This document shows positions 49,640-62,252 of a stretch of DNA of 64,000 nucleotides, piece by piece. Source of the stretch: Octopus sinensis (Eukaryota); NCBI RefSeq assembly GCF_006345805.1, contig NC_043005.1, forward strand, positions 54,994,001 to 55,058,000, written 5' to 3'. The notes beneath the pieces are model-generated. The model was given only the letters and a program-made list of their open reading frames with translations. It had not been told where the DNA came from and did not search any database. The position numbers were made by a program, and so were the translations under genes. Each line of letters begins with the position of its first letter. The stretch's first letter is position 1.

Positions 49640-50050
49640 GTGTGGCTGTGTGGTAAGAAGCTGGCTTCCCTACCACATTGTTCTGGGTTCAGTCCTACTG
49701 TGTGGAACCTAGAGAAAGTGTCTTCAACTATAGCCTTGGCTGACCAAAGCTTTGTGAGTGGATTTGGTAGACAGACTCTGAAAGAAGCCTGTTTTATATA
49801 TGTTTATGTGTGTGTGTGTGTGTGTGTGTGTGCACATGCACACACCTGTGTTTGTCCCCCCCACTGGCACTTGATGACCGGTGTTGATGTGTTTACATCC
49901 TCATAACTTACCTGTCTGACATAAGAGACTGATAAAATAAGTACTAGGCTTAACAAAAAAAATAAGTCCTGGGGATCGATTTGTTTGACTAAAACTCTTT
50001 CAAGTGATGCCCCTGTATAGCCTCAGTCTGATGGCTGAAACAAGCAAAAA
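49640..50050 (+). mobile_element. SINE family 1, full bipartite copy (sense)
   Basis: Head gtggctgtgtggtaagaagc...gggttcagtcc, internal (TG)n, 3' module ending gatggctgaaacaagcaaaaa. Confidence 0.9.
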
Positions 50051-51015
50051 ATAAAAGATATAGTATAAACATGTGTTTATATATGTGATGGATGCAAATT
50101 TTTAAATGTGTGAGTGTTTGTATAGTGGGAGAGAAAGTATGCATATTATGTGTGTATGTATGTGTACATGTTGTAATGACCCCCCTTTTCCATGCTTGCA
50201 CGGGTCAGACAGAGTTCATTGAGGTGGATTTTCCATAGCCAGAAGCCCTTCTTGCTGACAGCCCTTGCACTTATTTCGAAACGATGTATTTCCCTATGGC
50301 TGAACGTATCTTCACTGCGGATTGATTATAAACACCACTACTCATACAACTGTGACACTCATTTACAATTTTCACACCCTATCAAGACAAGCGGACACAC
50401 GCACACTCACACACACATACACACATACAATGAACTTAGGTAGATGCTATATGCAGTGTCTCTAAATAAAAAGTGATTATGGTAGAAGATACGCGTGACC
50501 TGCTGCATACAACCTTTCCACTGATGTTGGCACAATAAAATGCACTTAGTGAACATAATAAAATGGTAGGTGATAAAAATGGCGGTAGTTATAATTAATA
50601 ATAAAAAAAAAAATGTAGGGATGGATGAAGGAATGTAGAAAGTTTAAAATCAGCATACTGCTGCACTGGCAACTTATAAAGGTGGGGTTGTTACTCTAAA
50701 ACTTGATTTAGAGTAGAGGACGTTCCTGTAATCTTGTTTCTTGTGCTGGTATCGTTACAGAATGAACTCCGGCCACTTTGTAAAGTGGTTGGTGATAGGA
50801 AATTCTAACAGTTAAATTCTTGTAGAAAGGAAGATTAAAAGAAGCAACAGGGAAAGGTACACACATACACATACACACAGAGTGTTTGAATGTGGTTCTT
50901 TCTCTGTTGGTGTGTATAGGATGTCAAAATTTTGTTACAGGCAATGAGGTGTGGAACTAATCTAACCTGTGTAAATTTATGGTAAAATGTTGAAAATATA
51001 TCTGTATGTGTATAT

Positions 51016-51053
51016 ACACAGGAAGGGGTGCTGAAAAGTTCCTGGCTTTAAGG
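51016..51053. mobile_element. Solo mariner-type TIR
   Basis: ggggtgctgaaaagttcctggctttaagg matches both TIRs of the 1487-1707 MITE; no partner TIR seen nearby. Confidence 0.7.
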
Positions 51054-51736
51054 ACAGCATAAACTGCCTGCTTCAAGATTTGATCTCATGACCTTATGAT
51101 TTGGCAGTTGAATATATTAGCTACTAGGCTACATATCTTCACACACACACACACACATATACACAGGTGTGTTACTTTTTGTGTGCGTGTGTGTGTGTAT
51201 ATTTATATATATATATGAAGGCAAGTGTATGCATATATGTATATATATACACATGTGTGTAAACGTGTGTGCATACGTGTAGGTATGTATGTACACATGC
51301 ACGCATAGAGATATGTTACACACACAATATATGTGTGTATGTTAAATGCACATTATGTATAATTATTTGTGTCTTTGTTGTTCTTTGACAAATGAGAAAT
51401 TGTAATCATCCATTCTTCTAATGTCTATAATGCATTTACTTTTTTTTTTATATATATATTTCTATGTTTTTTTTGTTTTTTTTTTGTCTGTAAGTTATAA
51501 TTCAGCCCATTTAATAAGATTATTGTTGAAGTTATGTTATTTTGAGAATGCTTACTGTTATGGTTGAGTTTAATATACGAACATAATTTTGGAGAGATTT
51601 GGAATTAAGATGGTATTGGAAATTTGCCAAAGTCATGTATTATTAATGGACTTCACACTTTGGTCTCCATTCAAACTTATTCGTATTGAGCCAACTCAAG
51701 ACACAATTAATGATTTATATTATGTTTTTGTTTTCG

Positions 51737-51770
<34 letters not shown>

Positions 51771-52220
51771 TTTTTTTCTAAGCATCATACACATACAAAA
51801 CACACATGTCTCTGTTTTCAATTTAGGCTGTTACCAGTTCCATTCATGATCAGTGAACTTAAAGGAAAAGAAAACTTAGCATAGAATCTATTTATACTCT
51901 TAAAGTTGCAGCGTTCTTAAACATAATGGGCATCAAAGAACTTGAAGTATATTTCGAAATTCAATAGCTGAAGGGGGGATAACTTTTTCCTAGCAATGAT
52001 AATTAGTAAGACTGTTGGATTGGCACAACCGTTAGTGTCAGATAAAGCAGAAAAAAAAACAAAAAAAAACTAAGAAATAAATAAATAAATAAATATCATC
52101 TGGAATGTAGTTACAGCCCATTACATTCTGAGTTCAAATCCTGCTATGATTAATTTTGCCTGGAGGAACGAAGAGAATGAAGGGCCATTCAAGTACTGAG
52201 TTCAGTTTAATCAACTATAC

Positions 52221-52393
52221 CCTTGGTTCCCAACCCTTTTATTTAAAGAGTTTTCCCACAGACCCCTTTCAATTACACTTATCCTTATGTGATTATATGT
52301 ATATATATATGAAATTCTGAATTTAGTTCATGGACCCCAGTACTACCTCTGCAGACCACCAGGGGTCCATGGATCCCAGGCTGGAAACCCCTG
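52221..52393. mobile_element. hAT-type MITE
   Basis: Ends ccttggttcccaacc and ggctggaaacccctg; flanks aactatac (52213-52220) and acctatac (52394-52401), a 7/8 match to an 8-bp TSD. Confidence 0.75.
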
Positions 52394-54284
52394 ACCTATA
52401 CCCTAATAATTAATCGGCAACATGATTTTGTGGATATAGACTTCCCTTTGTTACCACATAGTCGTAATTTCTGTCACGCATCATGGAATCTTGGGCAAGT
52501 GTCTTCTACTTTCACCTTAGGACGACCAATGGAATTGACTGGCAAAAGCTATATGGATGCCCTCTGCATATATTTATGTATGTGCACATATGTTGGTGCA
52601 AATGTTTACATTCCATGTCTGCATGAAAACATTGTAAAAAATAAGACAGTAATATTACATTCACATTCCCTATCAATAAAAGTGTCCTCTTGCTCTGTGC
52701 TTTCAAAGACAAATTGAATTAAAAATCCTTTACTTAAGAAGTAAATAAAGGTTAGCGACAGAAAGGGCATCCAGCTATAAAAGTGTTTCAATACATAGTT
52801 GGCCCTGGCAAAACAGTTGTAAAACAAATGACCTTTCTCTTAATACTTGGGGGTTTTATGCTCGAAATTAAGGATTAAATAGTATTAGTATTATGGGTAC
52901 CAGCAATACATTTTGAATATATTATTTTGCTTTTGCTCATCTAGGACATGTTTAGAATAATATTGAGTTATACAGTTACTGCAAGTCTGTGAAGTATTAT
53001 TGAGTAGCAATCTGTATATCTTACTTAACATGGATATACTGCAAGAAAGTCTCAATACATCAGTATTTGTCTTGAGGAAGAATCTCGTTTAGCTGTTAAG
53101 TGCTAAAAAGCATAGCAGTATCAGTATCAGTAGCAGCATCCAGCAGCAGTGAGGGAGATTTGGTACTAAAACTTTTAGTTATGTATTCTTTCTTGTAACA
53201 GTGAATCTCAAAGCACATATAAAGCATTGGATTAGGCTGCTTGAAAGACACGAACCCACATCCCTTGTAGAGATGACAGACATTATACCATATGGAAAGG
53301 TAAAAACAGTTCAAAAATAACCTAATCTCAAGCTTTACTGAGACTGAGAGTAAATTTTGAGAGAAAATAACATTTTTGAGATAAAATAGAGACGAGGTAA
53401 ATAAAAGTGTTTCACTTCAGTTTTCTTTTCTAACAAAATCTGAAAGTGGTTGCTAGTTTTTGTGCTTCCTGAATCTTTGGCCTGGATTTTGGTTCTCAGT
53501 GGTACCAAGTCTCTTCACTTATATCTCTGAAGTTTTCTATATAAACGAGTCTGATTTCCTCTACCATGGAAATCGCTAATCTGTAGTATGAAACTATTTG
53601 AGTATTTAGTTTGCTAAATGTCCATCTGTTGGAGTGACGAGGATCATCCAGTCACCCTTGAAAATTGACTGATGACTTTTTGCCATGACTTTGTTTGAAG
53701 TGAAGAAGAATTTTGTATCGTCACCCACACTCACTTGTTTGTGATTATTGTCAATCCAGTGGCAAGACCAGGTCAAGACAACTAGAAATAGAGATAGGTG
53801 CATCAATGATGAAGACATCTTACATACCTCATCTTTCTCTCTATATTCCACAAAGTATTGTTGCAAACACCATCATCTCCATTGAAGCATAAAGGTTTCT
53901 ACCACAGAATCTACCAGATCCAATCTTCACATGCATAAGTAAGCCAGCCTTAATATGCTAATTAACCCACTGTTGAGCCCATGACAGATGCTACTTCTTT
54001 GGGTCAGAATACCTGGGAACTATAGTGACTAAGAGATGGTTCAGCTCCCTTCAAAACTCTGGAACTCCTTAACCAGGGCCTGCATGCAGGATGCAGCTTA
54101 AAGTCATGTTCAATGCTAAATACATTGATGACACTACAGAGTTCTCTTTCCCAGAATTAAACACAAAGATGAATTAATGTGGTGACAGTTTTGATTATCA
54201 GCTTTCCCCACTTATTTTTTAAAAATGCATTTCATTGTTTAGCATGGGTTCAATGACACAGTTCATCTTTTCTTATATCTAAAT

Positions 54285-54600
54285 CTGGGGTTCTCAACCA
54301 ATTTTTTCATCTATGACCCCCTTTGATTACTTTTTTTTTCTCATAGCTGTTTGATGTTTAAAAACCACTTTATAGAAACCTCTTTCAAAATTCCTATATT
54401 GTTTTCCACACATTTACTTGTGTAGGTTGAACCATGTAAAAATGCTGGAGAAAGAAACCTAGCTGTTTCTTGCAATACATAACCAATATATACATCTACA
54501 GCAAAATTTTTCAGGGGTTCTAAATATGATTTGTGGACCCCCAAAAATCTTATTAGGGCCCACTTTGGGGGCACATATGGACTCCAGTTTAGAACCACTG
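54285..54600. mobile_element. hAT (Charlie-like) MITE with perfect 8-bp TSD
   Basis: TIRs ctggggttctcaacc and (reverse complement) cagtggttctaaact; ATCTAAAT at both 54277-54284 and 54601-54608. Confidence 0.9.
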
Positions 54601-56514
54601 ATCTAAATTCTTTGCCATTAGATATATCAAAACTCAGGGTTGTTTTTAAATGCTTCCTTGGTCTACTTCATCTCTGAGTACTTTTTAGTGTCAGCTTAAT
54701 GTTGTTCCACTTAGCATCTATTGAATAATCACATTGTAAAAATTTCCAGCATGGAGAAGGTGATCCATCTGTTGAGTCCACCCACCATTCCTTGGGGTAT
54801 TGGGAGGGCAGATTTTAAAAACTCATTTCCATTTAGCTTTTCTCACCAATTAATACTGCACATTCAACAGATAATGTTTAAACCAAACACCAGTTTTTGG
54901 AACTTATCTTATATCCATTAATCATGTATTAATCACAGTGTCACTATATATCTTTCATTTAATCATGACAAGCCATGAGAAAATCTATAGATGACTGCTC
55001 AGCCTACAAGAATTAGCAGCCAAGTAACATTTTTAGGAAAACTGGAAGGACATTTCTAGTAATATAGTCCAAGATAAACTATGCTCAAAAAGACAGGGTG
55101 GGTATGGTTAGATTGCTTTTGATCACAAGAGCTAAAAACTGCCACCACATCAGTCAACAACAACAGCTTCAGAGTTTGCTTTTTATTCAAGAAGAGAAAC
55201 TAAATACTTTCATAGTCTTTAAATTTCTATAAATTTTACATCATATTCTTAATGCTTGCAATATTTATGTTACCTGGGTAACCGATACACTTCTTTTGGT
55301 AAGCCATCTGACCAGTCTCACACTTTAAAACATTAGTATGTCCCGATTCTTCTGTTTATCTTGTGGCTACATTTCTTTGTTGCCTACTTTCTTTCATTGC
55401 TTTTGAGCTGCATTATTTTTTTTACATACTATGCTATTGTTCTATCAGCTTTGCTCAACTTCCTCATCATTATTTATCTCTTGTTGCTTGTAAAGATAAA
55501 TTGAGAAAAGTTTGCTGTGTACCAAAGGAAACTTTCCCAAATTAACAGTTCTTCAGTCATGAAATATTCTAGTATTGTTGATTTTTAGCTCATCATTTAA
55601 ACTTGATAATGTGTAATATATAATGAAGGAAAAAAATCAAATAATGGTCTCTTAATATAACCTAAGTAAATAAAAGAAAGCATATATTTTAAGTGTAGAA
55701 AAAATATTTCGCTAATAACTAATGAAATTAAACTAAAACGAAATACTGTATTTGATGGCATGTAAGACATAAGCCTTTCCCCAAAGCTCCCACCAAATTC
55801 ATCCCAGGTCCTACATGCAATGTTGTGGTTCTCATAAGCTGATTTTATCCCTAATGGACTTTTCATTGAAAATGCCCTGTTGAAATTGGGGTACCTCTAA
55901 TATGTCAGTATGTCTTTTATGTTTTCAAATATGGTATTAGATGTTATTATTCACTTTTATTTTTGTGCTGGCTGGAAGATGCTAAGGACAGCAGTTCTCA
56001 GTCTGAAATCCCTGGGCTCCTAGTGGCAGTGTGTATACTTGATGTCTGTTCATAAGCCTAGTTGGAAAGTTGTTGAGTAGATAAACCTTTCGAAAGTCTG
56101 GGACTCATGGAGAAATTTATTTAAACTGTAGGAATGAAAAGACTGGGAGCCACTGAACTAGAGAGATAAAAGTAATAGTTGTGGTTTTTGTAGTGAGACC
56201 CTGTTTTCACATATGCTAAGGACTACAGTAGCCTCATGTGGCTTCTTTTAAATCATTTTTTTTAAAGATATTTGGGTATGATCTTATATGGATTTGACTA
56301 CTATTTCTAGTAGGTCTTGCCACCATATAGTGTCTACTTTTGTCAGCTCATTATAGCAATTATAAAACACAATGGAAAATATGAAAAGTTCAGCAGTTTT
56401 CATTAAGCTTTGACATGCAAGTGTTTGTTTGTGTGTGTGTGTGTGTGTGTCTGTGTGTGAGCTTGTATATCTTTCAAATCTGATACAAGATCACCTCCTC
56501 CAATGCCTCTTGTC

Positions 56515-56745
56515 TTGTAAGTTACTTAGTGACCCTGCCATTGTTGGTGCCACATAAAAAGTATCCACTCCACACTGTAAAGTGGCTGACATTTGGAAGG
56601 GCATCCAGCTGTAAAAACCATGCCAAAACTGACCTTGCTTGTGCTGGTGTCATATAAAAAGCATTCAGCCCACTTTATTAGGTGGTTGGTGTTAGGAAGA
56701 GCATCCAGCTGTAAAAGCCATGCCAAAACATATACAGTACCCTGG
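56515..56745 (+). mobile_element. Family 4 repeat with an internally duplicated module
   Basis: ggaa(g/a)gcatccagctgtaaaa.ccatgccaaaac occurs at ~56596 and ~56695. Confidence 0.75.
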
Positions 56746-56776
56746 TGTAGTTGTATATATATATATGTATATATAT

Positions 56777-56840
<64 letters not shown>

Positions 56841-56875
56841 TTATACAATAATATGTTACATTACTCAATAGTCAA

Positions 56876-56931
56876 GATAAAACTGAGTTTCAGATGCCGA
56901 AGTGGGAATCCACGACATCTCTTCGGTTATC
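56876..56931 (-). ncRNA. Candidate type I hammerhead ribozyme, mirror copy
   Basis: Same fold on the minus strand with 5-bp stem I (GAUAA/UUAUC) and shortened stem III ACU-C-AGU. Confidence 0.5.
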
Positions 56932-56952
56932 AAATAGCGTTTTCAAATAGCC

Positions 56953-57012
56953 AGATAACCGAAGAGATGTCGTGGATTCCCACTTCGGCATCTGAAACTC
57001 AGAGTTTTATCT
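56953..57012 (+). ncRNA. Candidate type I hammerhead ribozyme (core variant)
   Basis: Stem I AGAUAA/UUAUCU, core CCGAAGA, stem II GAUGUCGUGG-AUUC-CCAC(UU)CGGCAUC, U, GAAA, stem III ACUC-A-GAGU, triplet GUU. Deviates from canon by U4C and one extra U. Activity untested. Confidence 0.6.
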
Positions 57013-57114
57013 TGACTATTGAGTAATGTAACATATTATTGTATAGATAAATTTCCTCTATTTGCATAATATTGAGGTCTCTTTCTTTCTTTTGTTATCT
57101 TACCGTTTTACCAA

Positions 57115-57223
57115 TATATATATATATATTATATATATATATATATTATATATATATGTTTTATGTTTATGTATATATATATATATATGTATGTTTATGT
57201 ATATATGTATATACATAAACATA

Positions 57224-57260
<37 letters not shown>

Positions 57261-57305
57261 CTATACACATATATAACATATATATATATACATACATATA
57301 TTTAC

Positions 57306-57372
<67 letters not shown>
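57115..57372. repeat. (TA)n-rich microsatellite
   Basis: Read directly. Confidence 0.97.
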
Positions 57373-57376
<4 letters not shown>

Positions 57377-57647
57377 CACGTGACCGACCAGACCATCAGA
57401 TGTTGCTACACATCGCTGGTCACAATGTGTTCGCATTGTTTTAGCCTTCGAATGACGCCACCCCGCTGGCTAAGCGAGCAGGCCAACAGAAGAAAGAGTA
57501 CAGCAGGGATCACTACCCCCTGCCAGAGCTTCGTGGAGCTTTTAGGTGTTTTCGCTCAATAAACACTCACAACACCCGGTCTGGGAATCGAAACCGCGAT
57601 CCTACGACCGCGAGTCCGCTGCCCTAACCACTAGGCCATTGCGCCTC

Positions 57648-57650
<3 letters not shown>
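57373..57650 (-). mobile_element. SINE family 2 (young, CpG-rich)
   Basis: Reverse complement starts gtggaggcgcaatggcctagtggttagggcagcggactcgcggtcgtaggatcgcggtttcgattccc. Confidence 0.9.
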
Positions 57651-57683
<33 letters not shown>

Positions 57684-57694
57684 ATTTCTTTTAT

Positions 57695-57896
57695 TTACTT
57701 GTTTCAGTCATTTGACTGTAGCCATGCTGGAGCATTGCCTTTAGTCGAACAAATTGGCCCCAGGACTTATTCCTTTTGGCCTAGTACTTATTCTATCAGT
57801 CTCTTTTTACCAAACCACTAAGTTACAGGTACATAAACATACCAACATTGGTCATCAAGCAATGGTGGGGGACAAACACAGATACAAATACGTGCA

Positions 57897-57938
<42 letters not shown>

Positions 57939-58072
57939 GCTTCTTTCAGTTTTCGTCTACGAAATCCACTCACAAGGCTATAGTAGAAGACACTTGCCCA
58001 ACGTGTCACACAGTGGGACTGAACCCGGAACCATGTGGTTGGGAAGCAAGCTTCTTTCCACACAGCCACTCC
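57695..58072 (-). mobile_element. SINE family 1, full bipartite copy
   Basis: 3' module, internal (TA)n, then gggcttctttcagttttcgtctac...gggactgaacccggaacc...cacacagccact. Confidence 0.9.
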
Positions 58073-58139
58073 TGTGTGTGTGTGTGTGTGTGTATTGTGT
58101 TTGTGTGTGTATACACGCATACACATACATGTCTGTATA

Positions 58140-58188
58140 TATAAGTATATATGTATATGTACATATATATTATATATATATATATTAT

Positions 58189-58232
<44 letters not shown>

Positions 58233-58406
58233 ATATATTATATATATATATTATATTATATATTATATATATATTATATATATATATATTATATATATAT
58301 ATATATATATTATATATTATATATATATATATTATATATATTATATATATATATTATTATATATATATATATTATATATATATATATATATATAATATAT
58401 ATATAT

Positions 58407-58438
<32 letters not shown>

Positions 58439-58444
58439 ATATTA

Positions 58445-58480
<36 letters not shown>
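58140..58480. repeat. About 340 bp of almost pure (TA)n with TT phase shifts
   Basis: Read directly. Confidence 0.97.
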
Positions 58481-58483
<3 letters not shown>

Positions 58484-58639
58484 TGCATACGGAGACACAT
58501 ACATATACATGCATAAATATATATGTTCATACATGCACACACATACAAATATATAATATATATATTCAATTCTTGAAATTCTTTAAAAATTCTTTAAAAT
58601 GTTTCAACTTCAAAGCTGTGGTCATGCTGGGGCACCACA

Positions 58640-58871
58640 CAGGTGGCCTAAAAGTATATTAATAATTATCATGTAGGCACTTTAAATTTCTTTTAAATCA
58701 TTATACTACATTTAAATTTCTATCTTACGAACTGGAAAGGGAGCGTGATAAAATTAACTAAATTAGCATAGAATAATGACTTCGTATTTTTTTTATAATT
58801 AAGATCTAAACTGTTAATATATGAATGCGAAAGTGATAGTTGAATAACTGTAAACCTATTTTTGGGCCACC

Positions 58872-58874
<3 letters not shown>
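58640..58874. mobile_element. Tc1/mariner-type MITE
   Basis: Left caggtggcctaaaagta; right end reverse-complements to cagggtggcccaaaaatag; TA follows the right end. Confidence 0.65.
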
Positions 58875-58910
<36 letters not shown>

Positions 58911-59650
58911 CAGATGTTTCCTTGTAGAATTTAGAAACGGAATCATACAGAACTGTGTATGTAGAAAATCTGGTTCTCATTACTAACCAAATGTTGTAAG
59001 AGCAGAAGATTGGAACTTAAAATATTGCTTTTCAGTTATGGGGAACCAAAAGTGAAGCTGACTGAGATTTAAATCATTAAATACACATCACTCATCCCTT
59101 TAAACAGAGATAGAGTGTCCCTCCTCCAGCTTGATAATCTCTTTTGTGATAGAATATGGGACCAGGCAACAGTATGGAGAATGAGAGAGTGAGAGAGAGA
59201 GAAAGAGACAGTGGCCCAGAGAGGTGGAGGAGGCAGAAGTGAGGCCAAGAAAGGCATCTCCTCTACTATGTTAGAAATAACAGCTAAATTCCTTCAGATC
59301 ATACTCCACTGTCTTAACAATTTTGGGGTACTTGTAGTCCTAGTTATACAAAAAGACAGGTTTATTTACATTAGCTGGAATTTCTATGAATGTAGGTACA
59401 GGTGTGCCTGCATCATTAGAATTTGCTTCTTAATCTCATGTGTCTGGGTTCACCTTCATTGGGCAAATGCCTTCTGCTATAGTCCTGAGACTGGAGAAAC
59501 TGAAAGAAGCCTGCCATCATCATCCTTTAATGTCCACTTTCTATGCTAGCATGAGTTGGACTGTTTGTCAGGTCAGGAGCTGGCTCTTCAGTGTCTGTTT
59601 TGGTATGCTTCTTTTGGCTGGATGCCCTCCCAACACCAATAACATGAGTG

Positions 59651-59715
<65 letters not shown>

Positions 59716-62199
59716 CATGCTTACAATCGGCATTGTGATTCAGTGAAAGGAGACTAGTAGAATAAGTGCTAGGCTTAGACCAAACATAAAAAGTACTAGG
59801 ACCAATTTATTTGATTAATCCCTGCAAGGCAGTGCCCCATCATGGCCACAGTGAAAGTAAAAGACAAAACACTGGTCTGCAGAATCAGAACTGATTGCGT
59901 TTAAATATCAACGGCTAAAAGTGGAGATAATTTTCTGTTTAAAATTGTTGCTACTCACCTTTATAAAATGCACATGCTCCCACTACTTATGATCTTACAT
60001 TGGTAGTGTAGCATTCTTTTATTATTAAATTTTCATTTGTTGCTTGTTACCGTTACTATCAAGGTTTGTGATCCCTCACTACTACATTTCAAGTGTTACC
60101 TCACTGTCAAGGCTTGACTTATTCCTACATACTTGAATGTTGTTTCTATAACAGACAGTGATTGTGAAGCTATGTTGTTCCAATGTTGCTAAACTTGTAC
60201 TTCATTTCTGCGAAATCTCCCAGCTTTCTGTGTATTTTAATTACTCTGTAATCATGTATGTTATAGCACCACCTAATTAGATGTTCTGACCCCCTTCTCT
60301 CTCTCTCTGTCTGTCTTTGTCTCTCTCTCTCTCTCACACACATACACATACACACGCACACACAACACCCTATCCTTTCAGTTCATGATGAGTAGGTACT
60401 ACAAATTCTCAGGAACTGCATACTACTCTTCTTATCTAGTGTACTATGAACTCCAGATATTAAATGATTTGACTTGACTCTTAGCAGGTAATCCTATCAT
60501 TTCAAGTGTTCTGTATTTTTCTACTTGTTGACTTCATTCATTGAACATAGTTTTCTAAGATATCTTAGCCTCCCAATGCTTGGATATACAACCAAAATCT
60601 AATTATTACACTTGTATCTAAATATTACTAAGTTCTCTAAATAAATATACTTCTGTTCGGCAATCCTAGACTTGCTTCTTTTTCCTTTCTCAACAAATAT
60701 AAATCCTTCATTCCAATCTCAATGTTACATCAGCAGAGTCGAAAAAGATGTTATTAGCAAACACTCTTTTAGTAACTCAAACACTTGAATGTCTTGATAA
60801 AAGTACTCATTTTATTGACTTCTCTCTCTACAAAGGGCTTAACTCAACACTAAAGTTACCAAATTTGGGGTTAAACAATTTGAGTTTGTGAACCAACATA
60901 TAAGCTGTAATTTTCTTAAGAGTTGTATTATTATTGCTATGATAATGTGTTACATTCCTGGTATGTTATTTAAGTCAGTTGAAATTGTCATAACAAAAAT
61001 TCAGTTCTCATGCTAAGATTTCTGTTTTAAGCCATCCACTATTATTACAATACCTATGGCTTTAGATTACAAAACTGAAGCCTGCTAACCTCTAACAATT
61101 AATAAGTGCATGTTAAACACAGAATTAATCTAGCACTTTGAAATTCTATCTTCATTTCAAATAATGACAATTTCTTTGCAACAGCATAAGGTGTTGTTAT
61201 CAAAGTAGCCAGAAACAAGTGTTTGGATGTCTGAGATTAAATATAAAGAATTTTTATACTATTTAAAGAGTGATTACTTAATTAAAACAATAAATTTATG
61301 TATATTATTTTGATACTTTCTTTTTTTTTGTAAATCACTTTAGATGTCTCTTTTGAGAACTATGAATTTAATCTATTCTTTGTAAACAGCTCTCTGTGAA
61401 ACAAATATTTTCGCAATATTTATCACTGCTATTTAGAAAATAAGTCATCTTTGAAATAACCTTTTTTTTTTTATTTAATCCAATCAATGTAACTTGCTCT
61501 TGAAATGTAAACAAGAAATTCGATTTTTGTTTTGATTTTTTTTTTAATTGTAAAATCATTTTGTAGAAAATTAAGCCTGTTGGATCAAGAGTTCTAAGTA
61601 TGCTGTCAAATTAAAATAACTTTTAGCTCATTAATTTTAACCATTGAAGATTATAGCAATAGAAAAAAACAAGCCCAGGGCAGTTTTTTTTCTTTCTCCT
61701 GAATTATTACAGGACATGCAAACAATGAAACCAACTATTTTCTATTAGTTCTTTGTTACTAAGCTTTCTAAAATATTTTACAGACATTAATATTTTGAGA
61801 ATAGACACACTTCTTATCTTCAATTTACTACATTCTAATAAAGCAACTTAATTAAAAAGAGAGTGCTATCATAGAAATATATTGACTATAGGCAAGGTGT
61901 CAAAGTCAGATTAAATGTTATATTTGACAATATAACTCTACCATTGTAATTCCTCTGAGGTTCAATCTAGATAATAGATAAAAATATATTATGCATTATA
62001 GCCTATCAAAAAAAAAAAAGAAATATGTTCCCCAAGTATATTTATGTTCTGTAATCATTAGACCCTTTAATTGAGAATTGCAGTGAATATGATTCTCAAC
62101 CGGTGAAATGACAGGAAAAAAAAAAGAGAAAATGTTATATGGCTCATTATCTATGCTTAGCAATAAATATATCTGTGCCATTTCAGTACAACAAAAGAG

Positions 62200-62252
<53 letters not shown>

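Larger units (their letters stand above)
56842..57045. repeat. Near-perfect palindrome: 90/92-bp arms, 22-nt spacer
   Basis: 56842-56931 is the reverse complement of 56954-57045 except for a 2-nt indel (aaaactgag vs aaaactctgag). Confidence 0.97.

Noticed and set aside
49098-49906. Long ORFs of 142-232 aa (MYVC/YIHT repeats)
   Set aside because: Translations of (TA)/(TATG) microsatellites, which lack stop codons in several frames; not genes.
53606-53866. ORF with LFLVVLTW and VGDD, faintly like an RTE RT region
   Set aside because: Similarity too weak to support by eye.
57754-58569. ORFs of 121-213 aa rich in I/Y
   Set aside because: SINE sequence plus (TA)n translation.
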